Part shown: positions 21,136-31,090 of the stretch, piece by piece | Layout: each line of letters opens with the position of its first letter | Numbering within the stretch: position 1 is the stretch's first letter | Origin: Pseudomonadota bacterium | GTDB lineage: Bacteria > Pseudomonadota > Gammaproteobacteria > Burkholderiales > Burkholderiaceae_C | NCBI GenBank assembly: GCA_020161065.1 | Contig: JAIUPH010000027.1 | Location: 2,072-66,071, forward strand | Length of the DNA stretch: 64,000 nucleotides | Reading direction: 5' to 3' | The notes under the pieces: generated by a model | What the model was told of the DNA's origin: nothing | Databases searched by the model: none | What the model saw: only the letters and a program-made list of their open reading frames with translations | Made by a program: the position numbers and the translations under genes

Positions 21136-21906
21136 CTACTTGACGTCCTTCCAGAACGCGGCGTTGAGGCGCCAGGCGATCACGGTGAAGATCAGCAGGA
21201 ACAGGATCACCCAGACGCCCAGGCGCACGCGCTCGCCCTGCACCGGCTCGCCCATCCACTGCAGGAAGGCGACGAGGTCGGCCACCGCCGAGTTGTATTC
21301 CTCGGCGCCGAGCGTGCCCTTGGTGATGGGCTCGAAGCCCTTGAACACGTGCGAGGTCTTGGCCGGGTCGTGCGCGTCCTTCTCCTCGGCGAACACGGCG
21401 CGCTGCTGGCCCTGCAGTTCCCACAGCACGTGCGGCATCGCCACGCTGGGGAAGGCCAGGTTGTTCCAGCCGGTGGCCTTGGTGTCGTCGCGGTAATAAC
21501 TGCGCAAATAGGTGTAGAGGTAGTCGGCGCCGCTGCCCTTGGAGGCGTCGGCGCGCGAGCGCGCGATCACCGTCAGGTCGGGCGGCACGGCGCCGAACCA
21601 TTCCTTGGCCTCCTTGGGATCGACCGCGACCTTCATCGTGTCGCCCACCTTGACGCCGGTGAACACCAGGTTCTTCTTGATCTGGTCTTCGGTCAGCCCG
21701 ATGTCGCGCAGCCGGTTGTAGCGCATGTAGGCCGCGGCATGGCAGTTGAGGCAGTAGTTGACGAAGATCTTGGCGCCGTTTTGCAGCGCGGTGACGTCGG
21801 TGACGCGTTCCTTGGGGAACTTGTCCCACGCCGGACCTTCGGAGGAGGCCTGCGCGCCCGAGACCAGCGCCAGGCTGCACAGCAACCAGAGGATCAGTTT
21901 CTTCAT
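21136..21906 (-). CDS. petC: cytochrome c1
   Basis: 256 aa with signal peptide, heme motif CLNCH and a C-terminal TM anchor. Confidence 0.93.
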   Translation of the reverse strand: MKKLILWLLCSLALVSGAQASSEGPAWDKFPKERVTDVTALQNGAKIFVNYCLNCHAAAYMRYNRLRDIGLTEDQIKKNLVFTGVKVGDTMKVAVDPKEAKEWFGAVPPDLTVIARSRADASKGSGADYLYTYLRSYYRDDTKATGWNNLAFPSVAMPHVLWELQGQQRAVFAEEKDAHDPAKTSHVFKGFEPITKGTLGAEEYNSAVADLVAFLQWMGEPVQGERVRLGVWVILFLLIFTVIAWRLNAAFWKDVK

Positions 21907-21934
21907 GGTCTTATGGCTTTCGGTCGGCTCTTCT

Positions 21935-23341
21935 TCAATGCGGCTGGAAGGTCACGCGATCGGGCACGGCCTTGAACTCGCCGATCTGGCTCCACCACGG
22001 CATCAGCGCGAAGAAGCCGAAGTAGAAGACGGTGCCGATCTGGGCGATCAGCGTGCCGATGTCCGACGGCGGCTGGATGCCCAGGTAGCCCAGCACGAAG
22101 AAGAACACGACGAAGATCGCGAACATCACCTTGTGCCAGCGCGGGCGGTAGCGGATCGACTTGACCGGGCTGCAGTCCAGCCAGGGCAGGAAGAACAGGA
22201 TGATCACCGCGCCGCCCATCACCACCACGCCCCAGAACTTGGCGTCGAAGGTCTTGAGCAGCGCGATCACCACCAGCCCCGCCACCACCACGCCGATGCG
22301 CGCCAGGCCGCTGAGGCCGCCCTTGAGCAGCGCACCCACGGTGCCCAGCGCGGTGATGACGACGAAGACGTTGACCATCGGATCGGTGGTCGCGCGCAGC
22401 ATCGAGTAGTACGGCGTGAAGTACCACACCGGGGCGATGTGGGCCGGCGTCTTCAGCGGGTCGGCCGGGATGAAGTTGTTGTATTCGAGGAAGTAGCCGC
22501 CCAGTTCCGGCGCGAAGAAGATGATCGCGCTGAACGCCAGCAGGAACACGCCGACGCCGATCATGTCGTGCACCGTGTAGTACGGGTGGAATGGGATGCC
22601 GTCGAGCGGGATGCCGGTCCTGGGGTCCTTCTTGGCCTTGATCTCCACGCCGTCGGGGTTGTTGGAGCCCACGTCGTGCAGCGCCAGCAGGTGCGCGACG
22701 ACCAGGCCCAGCAGCACCAGCGGGACGGCGATCACGTGGAAGCTGAAGAAGCGGTTCAGCGTCGCGTCGCTGACGACGTAGTCGCCGCGGATCAGCAGCG
22801 CCAGGTCGGGGCCGACGAAGGGGATCGCCGCGAACAGGTTGACGATCACCTGCGCACCCCAGTACGACATCTGGCCCCAGGGCAGCAGGTAGCCGAAGAA
22901 GGCCTCGCCCATCAGGCACAGGAAGATCGCGCAGCCGAAGATCCACACCAGCTCGCGCGGCTTGCGGTAGCTGCCGTACAGCAGCCCGCGGAACATGTGC
23001 AGGTAGACGACGATGAAGAACGCGCTGGCGCCGGTGCTGTGCATGTAGCGCACCAGCCAGCCCCAGGGCACGTCGCGCATGATGTACTCGACCGAGGCGA
23101 ACGCCAGGTTCGCGTCGGGCTTGTAGTGCATCACCAGGAAGATGCCGGTGACGATCTGGATCACCAGCACCAGCAGCGCCAGGCTGCCGAAGAAGTACCA
23201 GCTGTTGAAGTTCTTCGGAGCGTAGTACTCCGACATGTGCTTCTTGTACTCGGCGAAGGCGGTGGGGAAGCGGTTCTCGAACCACACCGTCGTCTTCTGA
23301 AGCATCGAGGCGCCGGGTGGCGCGTCCTTGAATTCAGCCAT
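21935..23341 (-). CDS. petB: cytochrome b
   Basis: 468 aa. ...YYAPKNFNSWYFFGSLALLVLVIQIVTGIFLVMHYKPD... Confidence 0.96.
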   Translation of the reverse strand: MAEFKDAPPGASMLQKTTVWFENRFPTAFAEYKKHMSEYYAPKNFNSWYFFGSLALLVLVIQIVTGIFLVMHYKPDANLAFASVEYIMRDVPWGWLVRYMHSTGASAFFIVVYLHMFRGLLYGSYRKPRELVWIFGCAIFLCLMGEAFFGYLLPWGQMSYWGAQVIVNLFAAIPFVGPDLALLIRGDYVVSDATLNRFFSFHVIAVPLVLLGLVVAHLLALHDVGSNNPDGVEIKAKKDPRTGIPLDGIPFHPYYTVHDMIGVGVFLLAFSAIIFFAPELGGYFLEYNNFIPADPLKTPAHIAPVWYFTPYYSMLRATTDPMVNVFVVITALGTVGALLKGGLSGLARIGVVVAGLVVIALLKTFDAKFWGVVVMGGAVIILFFLPWLDCSPVKSIRYRPRWHKVMFAIFVVFFFVLGYLGIQPPSDIGTLIAQIGTVFYFGFFALMPWWSQIGEFKAVPDRVTFQPH

Positions 23342-23357
23342 CGCTAGACCTCGCTCC

Positions 23358-23990
23358 TCAAGCCTTCTTGTCCTCGCCGATCACCAGCGAGGTATCCGAC
23401 AGGAACATGTACGGCGGCACCTCCAGGTTGTCGGGCGCCGGCTTGTTCTTGAAGACGCGGCCGGCCATGTCGAAGGTCGAGCCGTGGCAGGGGCACAGGA
23501 AGCCGCCTTGCCAATCGTCGGGCAGCGAAGGCTGCGGGCCGGGGGTGAACTTGTCGGTGGGCGAGCAGCCCAGGTGCGAGCAGATGCCCACGGCGACGAA
23601 GACGTCGGGCTTGATCGAACGCCACTCGTTCTTGGCGTAAGCCGGCGTCGGGTAGGCCTTGCGGTCGGAGTTGGGGTCGGCCACCAGCGAGTCGGTCTTC
23701 TTCAGGCTGGCCAGCTGCTCGGGCGTGCGGCGGATGATCCACACCGGCTTGCCGCGCCATTCGACGGTCATCTTCTCGCCCGGCTTGAGGGCGCTGAAGT
23801 CCACCTGCACGGGCGCGCCCGCGGCCTTGGCGCGCTCCGACGGCGCGAAGGTGCTGATGAAGGGCACCGCGGTGGCCACGCCGCCGATGGCGCCGGCCCC
23901 GCAGGTGATGGCGATCCAGGTGCGACGGGAGCCATCGACGGCGCCTTCGGTTGAACCACCGGGCGGCAGGGCCGCTGCGGAATCACTCAT
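23358..23990 (-). CDS. petA: ubiquinol-cytochrome c reductase iron-sulfur (Rieske) subunit
   Basis: 210 aa. Tat-type N-terminus (SRRTW) and Rieske boxes CSHLGC and CPCHGS. Confidence 0.95.
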   Translation of the reverse strand: MSDSAAALPPGGSTEGAVDGSRRTWIAITCGAGAIGGVATAVPFISTFAPSERAKAAGAPVQVDFSALKPGEKMTVEWRGKPVWIIRRTPEQLASLKKTDSLVADPNSDRKAYPTPAYAKNEWRSIKPDVFVAVGICSHLGCSPTDKFTPGPQPSLPDDWQGGFLCPCHGSTFDMAGRVFKNKPAPDNLEVPPYMFLSDTSLVIGEDKKA

Positions 23991-24197
23991 GGGATCCTCG
24001 GCAAGATTGTTCGTATGGGCTTGACGGTCAACCTGGGATTCTAGCTGCAGCCTCCAGGGTCATTCGCCGGGTTGCAGCCGCGGCCCAACACCCCGCGTCG
24101 CACTTGACGTGAAGCAGGCGCAGGCTCTACCGTCGCCACCGGCCGTCGTTCGTCAGAACTTCGTCATCGAGTGCACAAACCCAGGAGGTCTTCGTTC

Positions 24198-24611
24198 ATG
24201 AGCTTCTCGTCAGAATTCAAAGAGTTTGCCGTCAAGGGCAACGTCATCGATCTCGCCGTCGGCGTGATCATCGGCGGCGCCTTCGGCAAGATCGTCGACT
24301 CGCTGGTCGGCGACTTGGTGATGCCCATCGTCGGTAAGATCTTCGGCGGGCTGGACTTCAGCAACTACTTCATTCCGCTGGCCGGCCAGACGGCCACCAA
24401 CCTGGTCGACGCCAAGAAGGCCGGCGCCGTGTTCGCCTACGGCAACTTCATCACCGTGGCGATCAACTTCTTCATCCTGGCCTTCATCATCTTCCTGATG
24501 GTCAAGCAGGTGAACCGCCTCAAGCGCGCCGAGCCGCCGCCGCCGCCCCCGGCCACGCCCGAAGACGTGGTGCTGCTGCGCGAGATCCGCGATTCGCTGA
24601 GAAAACCCTGA
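24198..24611 (+). CDS. mscL: large-conductance mechanosensitive channel
   Basis: RBS AGGAGG at 24183-24188. [33 protein letters not shown]... 137 aa. Confidence 0.95.
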   Translation: MSFSSEFKEFAVKGNVIDLAVGVIIGGAFGKIVDSLVGDLVMPIVGKIFGGLDFSNYFIPLAGQTATNLVDAKKAGAVFAYGNFITVAINFFILAFIIFLMVKQVNRLKRAEPPPPPPATPEDVVLLREIRDSLRKP

Positions 24612-24672
24612 TCGTCCTGCGCGGCGGGCGGCCGCGCCGCTGGCCCAGAATAGCGGTGTCGCCCGACTGCGC

Positions 24673-27111
24673 ATGACCGACCTTTCCACCCCGCGCTTCC
24701 ATCCGCTGCTCGACGCTGCCATCCAGCGCGTCAAGCAGGCGGTGCTGGCCGCTGCCGAGCGCACGGTCGAGAGCCTCGGCCTGTCGGCGATGGGCGCCTT
24801 CGGCTCGCAGCGCGACGCCTTGCTCGCCGCGCAGTTCGAGCTGAACCGCAAGCTGGTCGGCTTCGCGCAGGCCTTCGACCACGCCTTCGACCAGCAACTC
24901 AACCAGGAAGCCGGCGGCGGCCGCGGTGGTGCCGCCGTCGTCGGCCCGGCCGGCTGGGAAGCGCTGACGCTGGTCGAAGACCGCGAACTGGAGATCAAGG
25001 TCCAGGCCGAGCGCTTCGGGCTGGAGATCAGCCACGCCTGCGAGTGGGAACTGCGCGAGCTGGAGGCCTACGTCGGCTCGCTGCTCGACCATGGCCGCGC
25101 CGACCGCGAGCGCAACCCGCTGCGGCCCGAGCTGATCGGCCACGGGGTGATCCGCGCCGTCGACGCCACGGCCGACCGCCCCGACGTGCGCCGCGTGCTC
25201 GATGGCGAGCTGCAGCGCTCGCTGGCCGCCGTGCTGCGCAGCACCTATGCCGAGATCGTGAGCGAGCTGCGCAAGGCCGGCGTGCAGCCGGTGTCGCTGA
25301 CCGTTCGCACCACCGAGAGCGCCGGTGGCGGCGGTGGCGGCGGCGAGCATGCCCACAGCCGCGCGACGCCGCTCGACGCCAAGCGCGGCGAGGCCGACGA
25401 CGGCGGCGGCGGCGGTGGCGGCCGATCGTCGGCCGCCGGCGGACTGGGGCCGCACAGCGCGGCCGGCCGCTTCGAGCATGGCGCCGATGCGCGCCACAGC
25501 AGCAACACCGGCCACGGCAGCCTGCGCCCGCGCGGCAGCGGCGGCGCGCGCGGCACGCCGATCGGCCAGGTCGACGCGTCGATGATGGAACTGCTGCGCC
25601 GGCTGGCCCATGCCGATGCCGGCAGCTTCGACGCTTCCGGCTCCGGCTCGGCCTGGGGCGGGGATGGCGGCGGTGGCAGTGGTGGCGGAGCGGCGGCCGC
25701 GCTGCCCAACCTGATCCACGCCAACCGCGACGAGCTGAAGCAGGCCTCGCGCGGCGCGCTCGATCACATGGTGATCGACGTCATCGGCAGCCTGTTCGAC
25801 CAGATCCTGTCCGACCCCAAGGTGCCGCCGCAGCTGGCGCGCCACATCGCGCGGCTGCAGTTGCCGGTGCTGCGCGCGGCGCTCGGCGACCCCAGCTTCT
25901 TCTCCAGCCGCAAGCACCCGGTGCGGCAGTTCATCAACCGCATCGCGTCGCTGGGCCAGGGCTTCGACGACTTCTCCGGCCCGCAGGCGCAGACCTTCCT
26001 GGCCAAGGTGCGCGACCTGGTGCAGGAAATCGTCCAGGGCGACTTCGACCAGATCGAGACCTACGCCACCCGGCTGACGGCGCTGGAGGCCTTCGTCGCC
26101 GACCAGGCGCGCCGCGCCGTGGAAGCGCACAGCGGCGGCGCCACCGCCTTGCTGCAGCAGCGCGAAGAAGCGCTGCGCCTGTCGCAGCACTACGAGCAGC
26201 GGCTGGACGACGAGCTGCAGCCGCTGGCCGCGCCGGCCTTCGTGCGCGACTTCGTCTCGCGCGTCTGGAGCCGCGTGATCCTGAAGGCAGCCGAGCGCGA
26301 CGGCGTCACCAGCGAGCGCGTGCGCGCGCTGCGCCAGACCGGGCGCGACCTGTTCATGAGCGTGCAGCCCAAGACCTCGCCGGCGCAGCGCAAGGCCTTC
26401 CTGGCCGAACTGCCGACGATGATGCAGCACATCGCCGAGGGGCTGAACGCGATCGGCTGGCCCGAGGCGCGCCGGCGCGAGTTCTTCGGCCAGCTGATGC
26501 CCGCGCATGCCGAGGCGTTGAAGGCCGCCACCGGGCGCGTGCTGGACTTCAACATGCTGGCGCGCCAGGTCGACCAGGCGCTGGAACGCCACCTGCCCAC
26601 CCGCAAAGACCTGCCGCCGGCGCCGATGGCCGCGCCGCTGGACGACGCCGAGGCCGAGGCCGGCTTCACGGCCGAGGAAGCGGCGCGCATCGGCCTGGTG
26701 CAAGAGTCGGCGGTCGACTGGAACGCCCCGCTCGACATCGACTTGAGCGCCGGCCCCGAGCTGAGCGCGGTCGACCTCGAACTGCCCGGGCTGCCGGCGC
26801 CCGCCGACCTTGCCGAGCCGGTCAGCGGCCGCAGCCTGGCCGACCACGTGCAGATCGGCTTCAGCTACCAGATGCAGCTGGAAGGCAGCTGGCAGAAGGT
26901 GCGGCTGGCCCACGTCAGCCCGGGGCGCAGCTTCTTCGCCTTCACCCACGGCGCGCGCCACCAGCGCACGATTTCGCTGACCCACCGCATGCTCGTCAAG
27001 CTGTGCGAAGCGGGCCGCATGCGCGCCTTCGAGAACGCCCAGTTGCTGGAGCGCGCCACCGCGCGCGCGCGCCAGCAGCTGGCGTCGCTGGCCGGCAGCG
27101 CGCCGCGATAA
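24673..27111 (+). CDS. DUF1631 family protein
   Basis: 812 aa. The N-terminus MTDLSTPRFHPLLDAAIQRVKQAV... and overall layout are recalled from DUF1631 proteins of beta/gamma-proteobacteria. Contains Gly-rich inserts. Confidence 0.75.
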   Translation: MTDLSTPRFHPLLDAAIQRVKQAVLAAAERTVESLGLSAMGAFGSQRDALLAAQFELNRKLVGFAQAFDHAFDQQLNQEAGGGRGGAAVVGPAGWEALTLVEDRELEIKVQAERFGLEISHACEWELRELEAYVGSLLDHGRADRERNPLRPELIGHGVIRAVDATADRPDVRRVLDGELQRSLAAVLRSTYAEIVSELRKAGVQPVSLTVRTTESAGGGGGGGEHAHSRATPLDAKRGEADDGGGGGGGRSSAAGGLGPHSAAGRFEHGADARHSSNTGHGSLRPRGSGGARGTPIGQVDASMMELLRRLAHADAGSFDASGSGSAWGGDGGGGSGGGAAAALPNLIHANRDELKQASRGALDHMVIDVIGSLFDQILSDPKVPPQLARHIARLQLPVLRAALGDPSFFSSRKHPVRQFINRIASLGQGFDDFSGPQAQTFLAKVRDLVQEIVQGDFDQIETYATRLTALEAFVADQARRAVEAHSGGATALLQQREEALRLSQHYEQRLDDELQPLAAPAFVRDFVSRVWSRVILKAAERDGVTSERVRALRQTGRDLFMSVQPKTSPAQRKAFLAELPTMMQHIAEGLNAIGWPEARRREFFGQLMPAHAEALKAATGRVLDFNMLARQVDQALERHLPTRKDLPPAPMAAPLDDAEAEAGFTAEEAARIGLVQESAVDWNAPLDIDLSAGPELSAVDLELPGLPAPADLAEPVSGRSLADHVQIGFSYQMQLEGSWQKVRLAHVSPGRSFFAFTHGARHQRTISLTHRMLVKLCEAGRMRAFENAQLLERATARARQQLASLAGSAPR
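25324..25422 (+). repeat. Two in-frame (GGY)7 trinucleotide tracts inside the DUF1631 gene
   Basis: 25324-25344 and 25402-25422 each encode seven consecutive Gly. A third Gly/Ser-rich run lies near 25654-25692. Confidence 0.85.
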
Positions 27112-27115
27112 CCTG

Positions 27116-28138
27116 CTATGCGAGCGGCTTGGCCATCGCGCGCGCGGTAGCGATCGCCGCCGCCAGGCTGGACGCATCGGCCACGCCGCGGCCGGCGATG
27201 TCGAAGGCCGTGCCGTGGTCGGGGCTGGTGCGCACGAAAGGCAGGCCCAGCGTGACGTTGACGCCCTGCTCCACGCCCAGGTACTTCACCGGAATCAGCC
27301 CGTGGTCGTGCGTCATCGCCACCACCACGTCGAAGGGCTCGACGTAGCCGGTGCGGCGGCGCGCGCGCATGAACACGGTGTCGGGCGGATAGGGGCCGCT
27401 GGCATCGATGCCTTCGGCGCGCGCCGCGGCGATGGCCGGCGCGATGATGGCCTGCTCTTCGTCGCCGAACAGCCCGCCTTCGCCGGCATGCGGGTTGAGC
27501 CCGGCGACGGCGATGCGCGGTGCCCCGCCGGCCCAGCCCGGCACGCCCTGGTGGGTGATGCGCAGCGTGTGCAGCACGGCGTCGAAGGTCACCGCGTCGA
27601 TCGCCCGGCGCAGCGCGAGGTGGATGGTCACCAGCACCACGCGCAACTCGTCGTTGGCCAGCATCATGCGCACCGGCGGCGGTGGCGCGCCCGGCGCGGC
27701 GGCCAGCGCCTGCAGCATCTCGGTGTGCCCCGGAAACGCGACGCCGGCGGCGTGCAGCGCCTCCTTGTGGATCGGCGCGGTGACGATGGCCGCAGCCTGC
27801 CCCGCCTGCACGCGCGCCACCGCCTCGCGGATGCAGGCCGCCGCCGCCGCGCCGCAGCGCGCGTCGACGCGGCCCCAGGGCAGCTCGGCCAGGCCTTGCG
27901 GCAGGCCGGCCGGCTGCAGCACCGGCACGCAGCCGGCGGGAAGGCCGGCGGCGTCGGCCGGCTCGTCGACCAGCGCGATCGGCTGCGCCAACGGCGGCGC
28001 CAGCCGCGCCGCGCGGCGCAGCACCGCCGCATCGCCGATCACCACGCTGCCCGCCGCCTGGCCTTGCGCGAAGGCGCGCAGCACGATCTCGGGGCCGATG
28101 CCCGCGGCGTCGCCCATCGTCAACAGCAGCGGCTTCAT
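27116..28138 (-). CDS. pdxA: 4-hydroxythreonine-4-phosphate dehydrogenase (PdxA family)
   Basis: Start MKPLLLTMGDAAGIGPEI (cat at 28136-28138). ...TAPIHKEAL...GHTEML...TSPDHGTAFDIAG. 340 aa. Confidence 0.88.
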   Translation of the reverse strand: MKPLLLTMGDAAGIGPEIVLRAFAQGQAAGSVVIGDAAVLRRAARLAPPLAQPIALVDEPADAAGLPAGCVPVLQPAGLPQGLAELPWGRVDARCGAAAAACIREAVARVQAGQAAAIVTAPIHKEALHAAGVAFPGHTEMLQALAAAPGAPPPPVRMMLANDELRVVLVTIHLALRRAIDAVTFDAVLHTLRITHQGVPGWAGGAPRIAVAGLNPHAGEGGLFGDEEQAIIAPAIAAARAEGIDASGPYPPDTVFMRARRRTGYVEPFDVVVAMTHDHGLIPVKYLGVEQGVNVTLGLPFVRTSPDHGTAFDIAGRGVADASSLAAAIATARAMAKPLA

Positions 28139-28881
28139 GCCGGGTTGTCCACTTCGATGAAGCGGTGCTCGATGCCGAGCTGCCGCGCCAGCCACTCGCC
28201 GACCGCCGGGGCGCCGTAGCGCTCGGTCGCGTGGTGGCCGCAGGCCAGGTAGGCGACGCCGGTCTCGCGCGAGAGGTGGGCCTGCGGCTCGGAGATCTCG
28301 CCGGTCAGGTAGAGGTCGGCGCCGGCGGCGATCGCGGCCTCGAAGTAGCCTTGCGCGCCGCCGGTGCACCAGGCCACGCGCCGCAGCGGCCGCCCGTCGC
28401 CGGGCAGCAGCAGCGGCGGCCGGCTCAAGGCCTGGCCCACGCGCTCGGCCATTGCCGCGGCGTCGCCCAGCGGGGCCGCGCCGATGAAGCCGAGGTCCTG
28501 CTCGCCGAAGCGGGCGTCGGCCACCAACTGCAGCCGCAGGCCGAGCTGCGCGTTGTTGCCCAGCTCGGCATGCGCGTCCAGCGGCAGGTGGTAGGCGAAC
28601 AGGCTGACGTCATGCTGCAACAACCGGGCGACGCGCTCCTTCAGCCAGCCGGTCAGGCGGCCGTCCTGCCCGCGCCAGAACAGGCCGTGGTGGACCAGCA
28701 GCGCATCGGCGCCGGCGGCCAGCGCGGCGTCGATGAAGGCCAGGCTCGCGGTGACGCCGGAGACCAGCCGCCGCACCTCGGCGCGGCCCTCGACCTGCAG
28801 ACCGTTCGGCCCATAATCCTTGAACAGCGCCGGCCTGAGCAATTCGTTCAGACTGGCCTCGATCAGACGGCGCTCGGCCAT
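28135..28881 (-). CDS. Nif3-like dinuclear metal centre protein (YbgI family)
   Basis: 248 aa. ...DYGPNGLQVEG...LLVHHGLFW...GHHATERYG. The stop overlaps the pdxA start by 4 nt. Confidence 0.88.
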   Translation of the reverse strand: MAERRLIEASLNELLRPALFKDYGPNGLQVEGRAEVRRLVSGVTASLAFIDAALAAGADALLVHHGLFWRGQDGRLTGWLKERVARLLQHDVSLFAYHLPLDAHAELGNNAQLGLRLQLVADARFGEQDLGFIGAAPLGDAAAMAERVGQALSRPPLLLPGDGRPLRRVAWCTGGAQGYFEAAIAAGADLYLTGEISEPQAHLSRETGVAYLACGHHATERYGAPAVGEWLARQLGIEHRFIEVDNPA

Positions 28882-28899
28882 GGCTGCCGACCTTCAGCG

Positions 28900-30114
28900 A
28901 TGTGGCGTAGACATTGGCTCGTATTCTCGCAGGCGGTCACGGTTGCGCTGGCGGTGCTGTTCGTGGTCGACACGCTCAAGCCCGACTGGCTGGCCGCCAC
29001 GCTGAACGTGCGCCGCGCTGCGCCGCTGCCCGCCCCCACCTACGTGCCGCCGGTGGCTGCCTTGCCGGCGCCGTCGCCAGCGGCGACCTCTTCATCGGCG
29101 GCACCCGCGGTGGCACCGTCCGGCGGCCTGGCGCTGGCCGCGCGGCGCGCGGCGCCGGCGGTCGTCAGCGTGCTGGCCAGCAAGGCCGGCCGCACCACCA
29201 ACCCGCACGCCGACGACCCGCGCTTCCGCTTCTTCTTCGACGGCATGCCCGATCGCGCGCCGGTGCCGGCCGGCCTGGGCTCGGGCGTGATCGTCTCGAC
29301 CGAGGGCTACCTGCTGACCAACAACCACGTGGTCGAAGGCGCCACCGAGATCGAGGTGAAGCTGGCTGACGGCCGCCAGGCGCGCGCGCGGCTGGTCGGC
29401 ACCGACCCCGAGACCGACCTGGCGGTGCTGAAGATCGACCTCGACCGGCTGCCGGTGATCGCGCTCGGCCGCCTGGCGGACTTGCAGGTGGGTGACGCGG
29501 TGCTCGCCATCGGCAACCCCTTCAACGTGGGCCAGACCGTCACCGCCGGCATCGTCAGCGCGCTGGGGCGCAGCCGACTGGGGCTGTCGACCTTCGAGAA
29601 CTTCATCCAGACCGACGCCGCGATCAACCCCGGCAACTCCGGCGGCGCGCTGGTCGACGCGCAAGGCAGCCTGGTGGGCATCAACACCGCGATCTTCTCG
29701 CGCAGCGGCGGCAGCATGGGCATCGGCTTCGCCATTCCGGCCGACAGCGCGCAGCAGGTGATGGAAAGCCTGGTGCGCGACGGCCAGGTGCGGCGCGGCT
29801 GGATCGGCGTGGAACCGCGCGACCTGACGGCCGAGATGGCCGAGACCTTCGGGCTGCCGGTGCGCCAGGGCGTGCTGATCACCGGCGTGCTGGCCGACGG
29901 GCCGGCCAGCAAGGCCGGCCTGCGGCCGGGCGACGTGGTGCTGCGCGTGGGCAGCCAACCGGTGGCCAACACCGCCCAGTTGCTGGCCGCGGTGGCGGCG
30001 CTGGCACCCGACAGCGAGGCCACGGTGGGCCTGCAGCGCGGCGACCAGGCGCTGGACGTGACGGTGAAGGTGGCACTGCGGCCGCGCGCGCCGCAGGCGC
30101 AGCGGCGGCGTTGA
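28900..30114 (+). CDS. S1C trypsin-like serine protease with one PDZ domain (DegS/AlgW-like)
   Basis: Start MWRRHWLVFSQAVTVALAVLFVV (TM anchor). ...LLTNNHVVEGA..., DLAVLKI, GNSGGALVD, and a PDZ-like C-terminus. 404 aa. Confidence 0.88.
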   Translation: MWRRHWLVFSQAVTVALAVLFVVDTLKPDWLAATLNVRRAAPLPAPTYVPPVAALPAPSPAATSSSAAPAVAPSGGLALAARRAAPAVVSVLASKAGRTTNPHADDPRFRFFFDGMPDRAPVPAGLGSGVIVSTEGYLLTNNHVVEGATEIEVKLADGRQARARLVGTDPETDLAVLKIDLDRLPVIALGRLADLQVGDAVLAIGNPFNVGQTVTAGIVSALGRSRLGLSTFENFIQTDAAINPGNSGGALVDAQGSLVGINTAIFSRSGGSMGIGFAIPADSAQQVMESLVRDGQVRRGWIGVEPRDLTAEMAETFGLPVRQGVLITGVLADGPASKAGLRPGDVVLRVGSQPVANTAQLLAAVAALAPDSEATVGLQRGDQALDVTVKVALRPRAPQAQRRR

Positions 30115-30151
30115 CGCCCGCGCCGCGCTGCGCCAGCGCTTCGCCCCCGCC

Positions 30152-31090
30152 TCAACTCAAAGCCAGCCCGATGGCCGTCAGCAGCGGCAAGCCCAGGCTC
30201 AGCAAGACCTGGCTGCGCATCGCCGGCAGCAGGCTCGGCGTCATGGCGTCGGCAGGCCGCCGTGCCGCCCGCCGCGCGCCAATGGCCGCCTGCAGCGCCA
30301 GCGGCGCGGCCAGCAGCCCGCAGGCCGCGCCGGCGGGCAGCGCGCCGGCCAGCACGCCGGCGGCCAGCGCGGCCAGGGCGGCTGCCAACAGCGCGGCGTA
30401 CAGCGCGGCCGCGCGCGGCAGCCCCCATTGCAGCGGCAGGTTGCGGCGTCCGACGCTGCGGTCGGCGTCGACGTCGGGGAACTGGTTGATCAGCAGCAGC
30501 GCGCTGGTCAGCAAGCCGGTGACCGCCACCAGCACGAGGGCGCCGGCGAGCCCGGTGCCGCCGACGGCGACCCAGGTGCCAAGGCCCATCAACGGGCCGA
30601 AGCCGAGACCGGGCGCCGCCAGGCACCACCAAGGCCGGCGCGTCACCCAGGGCGTGTAGGCCGCCACCAGCCCCAGCCCGGCCAGGCCGATGGGCAGCAG
30701 CGGCCACAGCCGCGCGACGCCGCGCAGCAGCAAGGCCAGGCCGCAGGCGGCGGCCAGCGCCAACAGCAGCAGGCCCAGCGCCAGCGCCGCCGGCGCCGCC
30801 TGCGGGTCGGCCGGCAAGGCGCCGCTGCCGCCGGAAAACGGGGTGCGTCGGGTGCGCAAGTCGAGGCCGCTGCGCCAGTCCTGCCATTCATTGAGCACGT
30901 TGACGCTGGCATGCGCCGCCAGGCCGCCGGCGAGCGTCAGCGCCAGCGCGGCGCGGTCGGCCAACTCGGTTGCTTGGCCTTGGTGCAGGGCCAGCGCCAG
31001 CAGCGGCGCCATGCAGGCCGGCGTCAGTAACAGGAACGGCGGGCGCAGCGTCGCCAGCAGCGTGGCCAGCCGGCGCGGCGGGGCCGTCAC
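30152..31090 (-). CDS. UbiA-superfamily prenyltransferase (MenA-like membrane protein)
   Basis: The GTG start (cac at 31088-31090) overlaps the tatC TGA (GTGA). Asp-rich motifs NEWQDWRSGLD and FPDVDADR. About 8 TM segments. 312 aa. Confidence 0.75.
   Translation of the reverse strand: MTAPPRRLATLLATLRPPFLLLTPACMAPLLALALHQGQATELADRAALALTLAGGLAAHASVNVLNEWQDWRSGLDLRTRRTPFSGGSGALPADPQAAPAALALGLLLLALAAACGLALLLRGVARLWPLLPIGLAGLGLVAAYTPWVTRRPWWCLAAPGLGFGPLMGLGTWVAVGGTGLAGALVLVAVTGLLTSALLLINQFPDVDADRSVGRRNLPLQWGLPRAAALYAALLAAALAALAAGVLAGALPAGAACGLLAAPLALQAAIGARRAARRPADAMTPSLLPAMRSQVLLSLGLPLLTAIGLALS

Noticed and set aside
23991-24197. Promoter calls in the petA/mscL divergent region (TTGACG/TTGACC hexamers and the TTGACgGTCAA palindrome)
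   Set aside because: The -35-like hexamers lack convincing -10 partners at 16-18 bp spacing. This is not supportable without transcription-start data.
24619-24637. Hairpin GCGCGGC-GGGCG-GCCGCGC after mscL, considered as a terminator
   Set aside because: No T-run follows it. GC-only palindromes of this size are frequent in this composition. Left uncalled.
24520-27347. 885-aa antisense ORF and 767-aa alternate-frame ORF over the DUF1631 gene
   Set aside because: Arg/Ala/Gly-rich artefacts. The 24673..27111 frame has balanced composition and family-like sequence.
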